Assembly: GCA_965237415.1 (NCBI GenBank)
Contig: CBDEFM010000002.1
Span: forward strand, 3,104,001-3,168,000
Length of the DNA stretch: 64,000 bases
Reading direction: 5' to 3'
From: Alphaproteobacteria bacterium
GTDB lineage: Bacteria; Pseudomonadota; Alphaproteobacteria; UBA828
Shown: in pieces, positions 10,470-20,777 of the stretch
How positions within the stretch are numbered: the first letter of the stretch is position 1
Layout of the letters: each line of letters opens with the position of its first letter
Position numbers and translations under genes: made by a program
Notes under the pieces: model-generated
Database searches by the model: none
The model's input: the letters and a program-made list of their open reading frames with translations, nothing else
Told to the model about the DNA's origin: nothing

Positions 10470-11345
10470 ATGGATATGATGGGAGCGATGTCCAGCCGGA
10501 GACCCGCGGATCGTGCGGTTGCGGACCGCCAGCCCGATCTGTTCGACGAACGTGGCCTGATCGAGGCCGGCCGAGTCGCGGCCCCGGTCGCGCCGGACGC
10601 CGGTCCGGCAGCCGCCGGTCTCACGGACGGCGCGCTGATCGCGACACTGCCGCAGGCGACCGCGTCGAACGTGGAAGCGCTATGCGCCGAGGTGGTGAGC
10701 CGGTCTCTTGAGGCGGCGGCGCCTGCGCTCGAAGAGCTGTGGCGCCGCTTCGCCGGGTACGGCATCGGGGCGCCCTTGGTGGAGCAGCGAGCGGTTTTGG
10801 GCGCGCTGGCGCAACTTGAGTGCGGGGCCGCGCAGACGACGCTGAAGGGGATCGTCCTGTGCGCGGTCTTGCCGGCCTCGCTGCTCCCGTGCGCGCTTCG
10901 GGCGACGGCGGATGCCGGGCTCGCGCTGCCGGCTACGTTCGTCGCCCCGCTGCTGGGCCACGAGGATGTCGCGGTGCGCGAGCCGGCGTTTGCGCTGGCC
11001 CTGAAGGCCGGTGTTCGCAGCGACCTGCTTCGGGACCGGCTTGGCGATGCGTCGGCGTCGGTCCGGCGGTCGGCGGCGCTCGCCATGGGCAAGCGGGGCG
11101 ACGCGGGGGCGCGGGAAGCGCTGATCGGCGAGCTCGGGCGGAACCCGTCGAGCGAGGTGATCGAGGCGCTCGCCCTGGTTGCGGATGACGATGTCGTGGT
11201 TCACCTGGGCCGGTGCGCGGCGCGTCATCCCGCGCTTGCCGGCACCGTGCTCGGCATCCTGCGCGACATGGAGTGCGTGAGGGCGGAGCGGCTTGCCGGG
11301 CGCCTGGAAGCGGGACGCCGGATCTCGGGGAGCGGCGGCGATTGA
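10470..11345 (+). CDS. HEAT-repeat protein
   Basis: Repeats such as LLGHEDVAVREPA and RLGDASASVRRSAALAMG. Start uncertain. Confidence 0.65.
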   Translation: MDMMGAMSSRRPADRAVADRQPDLFDERGLIEAGRVAAPVAPDAGPAAAGLTDGALIATLPQATASNVEALCAEVVSRSLEAAAPALEELWRRFAGYGIGAPLVEQRAVLGALAQLECGAAQTTLKGIVLCAVLPASLLPCALRATADAGLALPATFVAPLLGHEDVAVREPAFALALKAGVRSDLLRDRLGDASASVRRSAALAMGKRGDAGAREALIGELGRNPSSEVIEALALVADDDVVVHLGRCAARHPALAGTVLGILRDMECVRAERLAGRLEAGRRISGSGGD

Positions 11346-11382
11346 GGCTCATGGACGCCCGCAGACGGCCCGCTGTGACGGC

Positions 11383-11616
11383 CTAGCCTTGTCGGCAGGG
11401 TGGCGATGCTGCAAGGCGGCGACAAGCGCCTGCGGCCTGGCGTCCCGCGCGGCGCCGGTCGGCCAGGCGGGACACTGGGCGACTGCTCTTGGTAATGACG
11501 ATCTCTTCGCCGCTGTTCGCCACCTCGTCCATCAGCTTCAGGCACGTTGCCTTGAACTCGGAAGCCTTCACGATCCTGGCACCGCAAGCGCCGATGCCGT
11601 TGTCGGTCTTCACCAC
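11383..11616 (-). pseudogene. Phd/YefM-family antitoxin, degenerate C-terminus, no toxin partner
   Basis: IVKASEFKATCLKLMDEVANSGEEIVITKSSRPVSRL. Confidence 0.7.
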
Positions 11617-11844
11617 GCGCCATCCGCTATCCGATGATGGTCGCCAAATTGCCATAGTCATGCCTTGGTCAAAATCCGTATCTCTACGACCTCCTGAGGC
11701 GGACGACGCCCCACCACGGCCTTGCGGAGGCGCGCCTGAATCGGCGCCGCACTGGCCCCGTCGCAACCTTCCCGCACGCCGTGAACACCGGCAGGTTTCA
11801 TTGCCCGGGCGCAATCGTGCGAAGGCCAAGAAATCGGCAAGAGA

Positions 11845-12261
11845 TCACGAAGATAGTTCAGAGAGCGTCATCTCTGCGTCTGCCGTCACTTCGAGCACGC
11901 GATTGACCATGACATCCATCGGATCGCGACGTTCGGATAAATATGCGATCGCGGCGCGCAGCAGCGCCTCCGAACGTGCTCGCCCAGCGGAGGGCAGGAT
12001 TATGAGGCCGGGATGAACGTCCCGCGCGGACACGAGCCCGCGAAAATCGCGGGCGTTCTCCGTGACAAGAACAGGATCCTGCTCGACGCACCGAGCCAAG
12101 ACGTCGCGATCCGGCGCACCCAGCCCGCCGAAGTCTCGTGGGTGCACGGCGAGATGCGTGCCTTCGGCATTCAGCGTTTGCGAGATTGCTGGAGAGATGC
12201 ACTCATCGAGAAACAACCGCACCGACTTGTCTAGGTCGCTATTCAGGCCGCGCTTCGCCAA
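11845..12261 (-). CDS. DUF5615 PIN-like toxin
   Basis: RLFLDECIS...APDRDVL...VLVTENARDF...HPGLIIL. Directly downstream of a DUF433 gene. Confidence 0.85.
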   Translation of the reverse strand: MAKRGLNSDLDKSVRLFLDECISPAISQTLNAEGTHLAVHPRDFGGLGAPDRDVLARCVEQDPVLVTENARDFRGLVSARDVHPGLIILPSAGRARSEALLRAAIAYLSERRDPMDVMVNRVLEVTADAEMTLSELSS

Positions 12262-12833
12262 GGCCTGCCGGATGGGCGTCCTCGAAGAGGGTGGGCCTTG
12301 GCGTATAGTACGGCGGCTTCGAACGCCTCACGCGGTATCTCCGGATAGTCGTGCGCAAGATCCTCGATAGCATCGCCGTCGCTCAGCCGACCCAGCACCG
12401 AGTAAACCGACACGCGCGTGCCGACAATGACCGGCGTGCCGCCGAGGATATCGGCATCGGATACGATGTACAGGTCACGGGCGTCCCGGTACCGCTCGGC
12501 GTCGCGCAACGGCTCGGCCGCAAGGCGAGGCAGGTCGAGCATCGCGCCGGGGGTGAATTCGATGGGCTCGAGCCGCCAGGGCTCAAGCCCCGCCAGACGC
12601 GCCCATATCTCCCGCTCGTGGCGCAACGCGAGGTCCGTCAAATCCGCCGCCTTCAAAGAGTGAAAATAGGCCACCGCGCGGATCGGCAGATAGCGCGTCG
12701 CTCCGCCGCGAAAGCGGGCAGGACCTGCGACAGACCGAAGAACGCCGGCTTCGAGGGCTTTTTCGATAGTCGAGCGCGGCACGCCCGCAAGCGCAGCGGC
12801 TTCTCGTATTGTCAGGTCGGCCGTGATCGGCAT
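12243..12833 (-). CDS. DUF433-domain antitoxin with N-terminal HTH
   Basis: IVSDADILGGTPVIVGTRVSVYSVLGRL...LAHDYPEI; N-terminal LTIREAAALAGV. Confidence 0.85.
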   Translation of the reverse strand: MPITADLTIREAAALAGVPRSTIEKALEAGVLRSVAGPARFRGGATRYLPIRAVAYFHSLKAADLTDLALRHEREIWARLAGLEPWRLEPIEFTPGAMLDLPRLAAEPLRDAERYRDARDLYIVSDADILGGTPVIVGTRVSVYSVLGRLSDGDAIEDLAHDYPEIPREAFEAAVLYAKAHPLRGRPSGRPWRSAA

Positions 12834-13084
12834 TATTCTTTCCTCATCGGGCACGAATATATGGCTGAGCCTTGCGCGTGGCAAGGCTCCTGGGAGCAGG
12901 TTTTCAACGAGCGAACCGCCGAAGAAGGGCGCGACCAGGAAACGTCGGCCGGGGCGGATCGGGGTGTGTCGACGGACGTCCCGTCGGGGACCACGGTCGT
13001 CCTTGGGCTGGCGGCATGTCCGGAATCACGACTGAGGTGAGCCGCGGATGGCAACGTCTGCGTCTCAGCGTCGGTTGAGCGCAG

Positions 13085-13345
13085 AGCAGGTACAGGTCTT
13101 TGTTGAGCGCCACGATGAGGCCCGCGGCTCCCATCATCATTGCACCCAGACGAATGGTCATGCGCCGCTCCGGATCCTGCATCTGGCCCCGCAGCGCCGC
13201 CTCGGTCTTCTCAAGGTCGACCTTGGTGACGAAGGTCTCGGTCGTGCCCTCGACAATGGTGTCGACCAGGACCCCAAATGGGTTCCCGTCGAAGCCGCCC
13301 TTCGTCGTGTTGCTGCCGCGACGCCCTGAGCGTGTCGAACGCCGC
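13085..13345 (-). pseudogene. DUF1640-like coiled-coil protein remnant, copy 1
   Basis: AFDTLRA...FVTKVDLEKTEAALRGQM...MTIRLGAMM, spread across frameshifts. Confidence 0.55.
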
Positions 13346-13543
13346 CGTCGCCGTTACTGTTATCGCGACCGGCTCTCCCGAAGCCGGCCCCGCCGGTCGC
13401 GAGCGCGCCTGGCGAAGACTGTCATCGGCCCCGATTCGGCACGGCGCCCGGATCGAAAATCGCCTCCGGGCGCGGACGGTTTGATTCCGGCAGCGCGGGC
13501 GCTGTCGGCTTCCCGGTGTAGCGTTTGCGCGAATCGGGCGGAC

Positions 13544-13692
13544 AGGGGTACGCTGGAGTTCGAATTCACTCGCTTCCGCAGTGATTACGGCGGGCAATTC
13601 AGGGGGCTGCGGAAAGGGGAAGATTCGGAGGCTAAGTCACTGAAAGCAGCGAGAGAACGGAGAGTGTAGGAAATTTTCTACCCCCAGGCTCT
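13544..13692 (+). repeat. 149-bp direct repeat, copy 1 (core of an approximately 600-bp duplication)
   Basis: Four mismatches to 16481-16629 by eye. Confidence 0.9.
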
Positions 13693-13761
13693 GCCTCTCC
13701 GTGGCGCACAGGCACGGGGGCGGCGCGGGCCGGCAGTCGGTGCGGCAGCGAGACCGGGACC

Positions 13762-14211
13762 ATGAGCTTGCATCAGCGCTGCTACGAGGCGATGCCGGGG
13801 TGCCGGTCGTGGGGCGAGGTCGCGGATGCGGCGGGCCTTCCTGAGCATGAAGGGGATACGCCCTACAGGCGGGGATGCCGGGCGCGGGTTTGCGCGCGTC
13901 ATTACGCTGCGGTGAGGGGCCTCGCATTTCCGCCGGAGGGAAGCCGGATCCGTGGCCGCGGCCGGCCGCGGTCTCTCGCTCGTGCGCGCCGGGCTTACGA
14001 GCTCAGGGCTGGCGGGGGAAGGACCTGGAGAGCGATCGCGGTGGAGCTCGGGTACTCCACCGCGAACCACGGGCGGGCGGCGCTCGAGATGGCGCGGCGC
14101 TATGCGTCAGAGGCCGGCATGCCGTGGCCCCCCGGCCGATCTTGCCAGAGTAGGCCGGGAGACCCGTCGGACGCTGCCACCCGGCCGGGTGAGCGTGTGA
14201 CGGCTAAATGA
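13762..14211 (+). CDS. Hypothetical protein with two HTH-like internal repeats
   Basis: CYEAMPGCRSWGEVADAAG...ARHYA...GLAFPP versus AYELRAGGGRTWRAIAVELG...ARRYA...GMPWPP. Confidence 0.55.
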   Translation: MSLHQRCYEAMPGCRSWGEVADAAGLPEHEGDTPYRRGCRARVCARHYAAVRGLAFPPEGSRIRGRGRPRSLARARRAYELRAGGGRTWRAIAVELGYSTANHGRAALEMARRYASEAGMPWPPGRSCQSRPGDPSDAATRPGERVTAK

Positions 14212-14311
14212 GTTTCGTGAGAGCGACGATGAAAGCGACCGTCAAGCTGGGCGGGTGCGCCGTGCGCCATCCCGTCCTCGCCGGGTCCGTCAGGGCGCCC
14301 CGAAAGCCGGT

Positions 14312-14635
14312 CTATACCGCGTCAGAAAGCGCTGTTCTCGAGGCGAGATCGGCCCTCGTCGGCAGAAGCCGGATCGTATCGCCCGTCTCCTTGTCGGCAC
14401 AGACGAGATCGAAGTGTGCTTGCAGGTTGAGCCAGAACTCCGGCTCGACACCGAACCAGTGACCGAGGCGGAGCGCCGTGTCGCCAGTGATCGAACGCCT
14501 GCAGTGGATGATCTGGCTCACACGGTTCGCCGGCACATCGATCTGGCGCGCGAACTCCGTCGGAGTGACGCCGATTTCCGCCAACTCTTCCTTCAGTATC
14601 CGACCGGGATGGACGGCACGTCTCAGCACAGGCAC
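14312..14635 (-). CDS. higA: HigA-family antitoxin
   Basis: VHPGRILKEEL...ITGDTALRLGHWFGVEPEFWLNLQAHFDL. Confidence 0.9.
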   Translation of the reverse strand: MPVLRRAVHPGRILKEELAEIGVTPTEFARQIDVPANRVSQIIHCRRSITGDTALRLGHWFGVEPEFWLNLQAHFDLVCADKETGDTIRLLPTRADLASRTALSDAV

Positions 14636-14642
14636 TCCCCCT

Positions 14643-14940
14643 TCACGAATGGTAGTCCACAATCTCGATGTTGCCAGGCCCCGATTGACCCTCCGGCCAC
14701 TCGAAACAGATACGCCATTGCCTGTTGATCCGAATGGAATACTGTCCTTTCCGATCTCCTCCGATCTCCTCCGAGGGCCTCCAGCCGATTGCTCGGCAGG
14801 TTCCGCAGCGTGTCGAGGGACGGCGCGGCGTTCAGGATGGTAAGGCGTCTGGCCGCTTGCTGCTCAAAGCCCTGGAAATCCCGGACCATTCGGCCGCTGG
14901 CGAATCTCTCGGTTTTGCTGTCCCTGTAGCTGAGGATCAT
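14643..14940 (-). pseudogene. higB: HigB toxin frameshifted by a 10-bp tandem duplication
   Basis: MILSYRDSKTERF...PSNRLEALGGDR continues in another frame as KGQYSIRINRQWRICFEW...IEIVDYH. CCGATCTCCT is duplicated at 14751-14770. Confidence 0.9.
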
Positions 14941-15276
14941 CAAGGGACAAGGTAGCCCGTTGACGATGTACGTCAAGCGTAGACATCGGGCGACGGTCCG
15001 GGTTCGAGATCGCTGCTGCTTTCGCCGAAAACTGCTCGGACAGCGCCGCTGCCGGTTGCAGCCATCGTCGCGGCCGTCGCGGTCGCACCGATCGCGAGCC
15101 GACCGGCGGCGGCGGACGCACCCGATCAGAACCGCCCCGGCAGCACCTCAGAGGCTCGACCGGCTCAGCCGCGCGCACCGTGCTTTCGGAAAGCAGGTTT
15201 TGATTCCGGTTGCGGGGCCGCCGCCCATGCGCCCCGCAGATGGACTTGCCTGCACCAAATATGGTACACCAGCGCG

Positions 15277-15639
15277 GTGACATCACCCGACAAAGTCGCC
15301 GTTGCCCGGTTCTTCCGCTTGGCGAGCGGTCGCGAGCCTGCGCGCGAATGGCTCCGGGAGCTGACGGGGGAGGATCGAAAGACCATCGGTCGGGACCTGA
15401 TGAAGATCGAGTTCGGGTGGCCGTGCGGTCCTCCCCTGTGCAGGCCGCTCACCGGTCACCCCGGTCTGTACGAGGTGCGCAGCAGGCTGACGGATGGGAG
15501 GAACGCCAGGTTGTTCTTCACCGTATCGGCAGGGATCATGGTGCTCCTGCATGGCTTCATCAAGAAGAGCCGGGCGACGCCCGAGAGGGAGCTGAAGCTG
15601 GCGGAGCGGCGAAGGAGGGACTATGAGCGAAACGGGTAA
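15277..15639 (+). CDS. RelE/ParE-family (Gp49-like) toxin
   Basis: SGREPAREWL...IGRDLMKIEFGWP...GLYEVRS...VLLHGFIKKS. Confidence 0.85.
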   Translation: MTSPDKVAVARFFRLASGREPAREWLRELTGEDRKTIGRDLMKIEFGWPCGPPLCRPLTGHPGLYEVRSRLTDGRNARLFFTVSAGIMVLLHGFIKKSRATPERELKLAERRRRDYERNG

Positions 15640-15925
15640 GGGCAGCGCTCGCATCGGGACGACGCTCGAAAGCCTGCTGCGCGAGGACGGCAGCTACGAG
15701 GAGGCGAAGAACCAGGCGGTCAAGTCGGTTCTCGCCTACAAGCTGGAGCAGGCGATGAAAGCGCAGAAGCTGTCGAAGGCAGGCATGGCCGCCCGTATGG
15801 AGACCAGCCGCTCGCAGCTGGACCGTCTGCTCGATCCCGATAACGACGGCGTCACGCTGCACACGCTGAAACGTGCTGCGGCGGCCGTCGGCATGCGTCT
15901 GGAAATCGAACTTCGTCACGTCTAG
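15623..15925 (+). CDS. XRE-family HTH antitoxin
   Basis: IGTTLESLLREDG...LSKAGMAARMETSRSQLDRLLDP...VTLHTLKRAA; overlaps the toxin stop. Confidence 0.85.
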   Translation: MSETGKGSARIGTTLESLLREDGSYEEAKNQAVKSVLAYKLEQAMKAQKLSKAGMAARMETSRSQLDRLLDPDNDGVTLHTLKRAAAAVGMRLEIELRHV

Positions 15926-15989
15926 CCGGCGGTAACCGTTCCTGCGCGGTCGAGTGGAATTGGGAACCGCTGGGGCGAAGCGCAGCAAG

Positions 15990-16244
15990 GCCTGACCGAC
16001 GCCGCTGGCCAACGACAACGGTGCCCACCAGCGTCGCACCCAGGCAAATGGTCATGCGCTGCTCCAGCTCACGCATCTGGCCTCGCAGCGACGCCTCGGT
16101 CTTCTCAAGGTCGACCTTGGTCGCCAGGGTCTCGCCCGTGCGCTCGGAAAAGGTCTCGACCAAGATCGCGGCCTGCTTCTCGTCGAAGCCGCCTTCGGCG
16201 CGCGGCCGCCGCGCGGCCCTGAGCGTGTCGAACGCCAGCGTCAT
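15990..16244 (-). pseudogene. DUF1640-like protein, copy 2 (degenerate)
   Basis: MTLAFDTLRAARR...GGFDEKQAAILVETF...LATKVDLEKTEASLRGQMRELEQRMTI. Confidence 0.65.
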
Positions 16245-16480
16245 GCGCTCATCCCGTCGCCGCAGCCGGCGGCGGCGACCATGTGCACCGCCGTCGCCAC
16301 CGTGCCTCCGGCATTCCCGAACTCGGCCATGTCGGTCCTGAGCGCGCGCGGCAAGGACCGTCATCGGCCCGATCAGGCCGGGCGGCGGGATCGAAAACCG
16401 CCTCTCGGCGGGGTGGTTTGATTCCAGCGGCGCGGGCGCCGTCGGCGGGTATGTGTAGGGTTCGCGCGACTCGGGTACGC

Positions 16481-16629
16481 AGGGGTACGCTGGAGTTGGA
16501 ATTCACTCGCTTCCGCAGTGATTACGGCGGGCAATTCAGGGGGCTGAGGAAAGGGGCGGATTCGGAGGCTAAGTCACTGAAAGCAGCGAGAGAACGGAGA
16601 GTGTAGGAAATTTTCTACCCCCAGGCTCT
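16481..16629 (+). repeat. 149-bp direct repeat, copy 2
   Basis: Matches 13544-13692. Confidence 0.9.
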
Positions 16630-16904
16630 CCTCATTCTGAAGAGGCCTCGTCGGGAGGCCTCAGGGCGCGCCGCTCCCAGGATTTACGCCGCCGATCGGC
16701 GAATAAAGTTCCGTGCAGAACCGCAATAAACCCCTTCAACAACGTCGAAATTAGACGTGCCAGCCATACGCGCCGGTTTACCGGCCGGGCTGCGGGGTGC
16801 TTACGGGGCGCCTCGCATGATTCCGGCCGGTTACGCGGTGAAGCCGCCGCATCCTCTCGTGATGACGGCGCGCTTGCCGTTTACGGGGTGTTCGGCGCTG
16901 GGAT

Positions 16905-19334
16905 GTGACGGGGATGCCGCGCCGTAGCACGCTGACCCTATCCGGCCGGGCGGTGGACGCGCTCGCGGTCTCCGAGCGCGACGTCATCGTCTGGGACCGG
17001 GAGCTCGCGGGCTTCGGCGTGCGCGTCTACCCCTCGGGCCGCAAGGGAAAGTCTGAACAACCCCATGTTCGCGGTTTCGAGGGGGAGAGGCGGCTTGGAT
17101 GTGAAGCTCGACGATATTGCCGACAGGCCGGGGGCTGCTTTGGTCACGGGATACGGAGCGAACGGGCGATATCCGCGTCGATCCGCCTCCTTCCCCGCCG
17201 TCCCGCCAGCGGCGGGCAGACTACTCCCCTGTCATCCCGTCGCGTAGCGGCCGGCGATCAGCAGATTCGAGAACCCCAGCAGCAACGCGATGCGCTGCCT
17301 GTTCTTTGCCACGCCCCGGTAGCGCACCTTGGCGTAGCCGAAGTGCCGCTTCACGTACAGGAACGGATGCTCAACCTTCGCCCGCACCGACGCCTTGCGC
17401 TTCTCGGCCGCCTCTTCGGCGACGCCCTCGCCCAGCAGCCGGCGCCGCCCCGGCTTCATCGCCACACGCCACTCGACACCGCCGTCCCGGTGCTCGGGAC
17501 GCTTCTCCACTCCCTGGTAGCCTGCGTCGCCCCACGCCGTCGTCTCAGCGCCATGCAGCAGCGCTCCCGCCTGCGTCACGTCGCTTGCGTTGGCCGCCGT
17601 CGTCGTCAAGCTGTGCGCCAGACCCGACCCGGCGTCCACCCCGATGTGCGCCTTCATCCCGAAATACCACTGCTTGCCCTTCTTCGTCTGATGCATCTCA
17701 GGGTCCCGTGCGCGGCGCCGGTTCTTCGTCGACGACGGCGCGTCGATGATGCTCGCGTCAACGATCGTCCCCGTGCGCAGCCGATGGCCGCGCGACGCCA
17801 GGTGCGCATTGATCTCCTCGAACAGACCCTCGCCCAGGCCGTGCTTCTCCAACAGATGCCGGAAGTTCAGGATGGTGGTCTCGTCGGGCAGCGCCTCCGT
17901 CAACCGCAGCCCCACGAAACGCCTCACCGACTCCACCTCGTAGAGAAGGTCCTCCATCCCCGGGTCGCTCAGGTTGTAGAACAACTGCACGCAGTGAACA
18001 CGCAGCATCACCGAAAGCGGGTACGGGCGCCGACCGCGCCCCGCCTTCGCATAGAACGGCTCGATCCGTCGCTCCAGCCGCTCCCAGGGAACCAGCTTGT
18101 CCATCTTCTCAAGGAACAACTCACGCCGCGTCCGGCGCTTCTTCAAGTCGTGCTCCAGTTCCGCAAAGCTTGCCTGTGCCATGGCTCGATCATCCAATCC
18201 GCGACTCCTGCGCAAATTATGGCACACGCAACTTGATCAGACCTTCCCAAGGTCTACGTCGTCCAAAGCCGGGCGGGTGGCGGGCCACGCCGCGTCACGC
18301 TCGGCACCCACGGCGAGATCACCGCAACCCAGGCACGCAAACGCGCAGCCCAGGTCATCGACCGCATCAAGCGGGGCGAGGAACCCGCAGCACTCCTGCC
18401 CCAGGCCGGCACCACCGTCGCCGACCTCGCCGAGCGCTACATGAGCGCCCACGTCGCACAGAACTGCAATGCGCACACCGCCGGCATCTACCGGGGCTCG
18501 CTGGAGAACCACATCCTGCCGGCGCTCGGCATGATGCCGCTTGGCCTGGTCGAGCGCGCCCACGTCTCGGCGCTCCACTACCGCCTGCGCGAGACGCCCC
18601 GCGCCGCCAACCGGGCACTGGCGGTCCTCTCCAAGATGTTCTCCCTCGCCGCCGCCTGGGGCCTCGTGCCGGACGGCACCAACCCCTGCCGCGCCGTCCG
18701 CAAATACAAGGAGAGAAAGCGCGAGCGCTTCCTCTCCCGCGAGGAGTACCGCCGCTTAGGCCAGGCCCTGGCTGAAGCGGAGGCCGAGGCGGGGGCGGAT
18801 GTGGAGGGCGCGGTCTCCCCCTACGCCATCGCCGCGCTCCGCCTCCTCATGCTCACCGGCTGCCGCCTGAACGAGATCCTTACGCTGCGCTGGGACGATG
18901 TGGACCGCACCGCAGGCGAGTTCCGGCTGCGCGACGGCAAGACGGGCACCCGCATGGTCCCCCTCACACCCACGGCGGAGGCGGTGCTGGCAGGCATCCG
19001 CCGCACGCCCACAAACCCCTGGGTCATCGTCGGCAAGCAGCCCGGCGCCCACCTCCCCACCATCACCGCCGAGTGGTATCGGCTCCGCGCCCGCGCAGGG
19101 CTCGACGACGTGCGCATCCACGATCTCCGCCACTCATACGCGAGCCGTGCGCTCGCCGCCGGCGAGAGCCTCTCCATGATCGGCAAGCTGCTCGGCCATG
19201 CCGACATCCAGAGCACCGCCCGCTACGCCCACCTCGCGCGCGAGACCGAGAGGGTGTCCGCCGCCAGGGTCGGCGCCAGCATCGGCGCCGACATCGCGTC
19301 GGCGGCCGGGGCCGGGAAGGACGGCGCGTCGTGA
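16905..19334 (+). pseudogene. Tyrosine integrase with Arm-DNA-binding domain, interrupted by IS5
   Basis: VWDRELAGFGVRVYPSGRK [IS5] VYVVQSR...; catalytic LTGCRLNEI, HDLRHSYAS, LLGH...TARYAH. Confidence 0.9.
17046..18247 (-). mobile_element. IS5-family element (transposase within 17232-18227)
   Basis: IRs GGAAAGTCTGAACAA / TTGATCAGACCTTCC, 4-bp TSD CAAG (17042-17045 and 18248-18251). Motifs IVDASII, FGMKAHIGVD, RAKVEHPF. Confidence 0.95.
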
Positions 19335-19820
19335 ACTATTCGGCGAGCCAGCCGGCGCGAGGCTCAATTACAGAGTGCGTCGTCGACGCCCTCCCGGCGG
19401 GCCGGGACACGGTGATCTGGGACCGCGCGCTCACCGGCTTCGGCGTCCGCGTCTATCCCTCCGGCGCCAAGGTCTACGTCGTGCAGACCCGGGGCCCCGC
19501 AGGCACGAAGCGCATCACCGTCGGCCGCCACGGCGTCATCGGCGCCGACGAGGCCCGCCGCCGTGCCGCCCTCATCATCGCCCGCGTGCACGCCGGCGAG
19601 GACCTCGCAGAACGCCCGGCGCAGAAACCCGCAGGCCCCACCCTTGCCGCGCTTGCCGAGCGTTACCTGCGCGAGCATGTCGCGGTGCGCTGCAAGCCCT
19701 CCACCGCAGCCCAGTACCGGCTCGCCATCGAGCGCTATATCGTCCCCGCCCTCGGAGAGCGCGCGGTCTCCGAGATCGGGCGCAGCCATGTCGCCGATCT
19801 GCAGCACGCGCTCCGCGACT
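19331..19820 (+). pseudogene. Second Arm-type integrase, N-terminal fragment only
   Basis: IWDRALTGFGVRVYPSGAKVYVVQTRG...LAERYLREHV; ends before the catalytic domain. Confidence 0.8.
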
Positions 19821-20158
19821 GCCGGACAATCCGAATTATTGTTTCGTGCCCGCTTACGACGTCGAGGCCGACGTGCAGCAGATCCGACTCGTCATCGAAG
19901 GTCTCTCCGGCCATATCCCGACCGCGCTGGTTGCGCTGGACCTCGACGATGCTCTCTCCATTTGCGACAAGCTTAACCGCAGACTCGGATACGACCGGGA
20001 TGCCTGGACCGCCATGGCAGCCGCGTCCATGCGCGCCGAAGGCGAGGATCCGGACAGCGGCGCCCGCCACTGACGCGACGCCGGCCGCCTGACCGCGCCG
20101 TCGCGCCGTCGCTCGCGCCGGCCCGGCTGCTGCGCAGCCGGCCTGCCGCCCTCTGCGC

Positions 20159-20699
20159 TCAACCCTTGTGCGCCAACCTTGAACTTCGAGGAGAAGGTCC
20201 GGATTGCCGCATGCCCGGCCGCGGCGCGTCCCTGCACGAAGCTGTTGTAGTCGGCGATGTTCGACGCTCGCGCACCGCGCCCCGTCGAGGTGACGAAAAG
20301 GAGGCGGAACTCGTCGCTGGCGCCCAGCCCCGGGGGCGTGAGCGCCCAGCTGCGCGGCACCTCGACGACGTCCTGGGCCGCGGCGGGCGCCGCCAGCGGT
20401 CCCATCGACAGCAGGGCAAGCGCCGCCGCAACGAAGGAAAGGAGCGCGAGCGGGCGCGCCGCCGGGAAGCAGCGGCGTCCCGCACGCGCAGCCGCCCACC
20501 GGCGAGCGGCAGGCCGGCGGATCGGATGGTGGCGGGAAATCGCGGCGAGCGCCGCCGCGGACGCGGTGCCGGCCGGGGCGGGCGGCAATTCCCGACCGCC
20601 CGCATCCGGCCGCCGCGCTCCGTTTCGTCCGAGCGCGAATTCATCGACAATGCCGACCCCGGGCCGGCAACCGGACACATCCGAACTGCGCATCGTCAC
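20159..20699 (-). pseudogene. Secreted/surface protein N-terminal fragment (truncated)
   Basis: Signal-peptide-like LALLSFVAAALALLSMGPLAAPAAA/QD followed by VPRSWALTPPGLGASDEFRLLFVTS...IADYNSFVQ; sense is lost after about 20170. Confidence 0.55.
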
Positions 20700-20706
20700 C
20701 CCACGT

Positions 20707-20740
20707 ATTGCGCTCGATAACTGTCACTATCGAGCGCAAT
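20707..20740 (+). other. lox-like recombination site 1 (13-8-13)
   Basis: ATTGCGCTCGATA-ACTGTCAC-TATCGAGCGCAAT: perfect 13-bp inverted arms around an asymmetric 8-bp spacer, 37 bp upstream of the recombinase ATG. Confidence 0.9.
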
Positions 20741-20777
20741 CCGTGGGCTCGGTTTCGGTCTGTGCGGAGGCGCCCTG

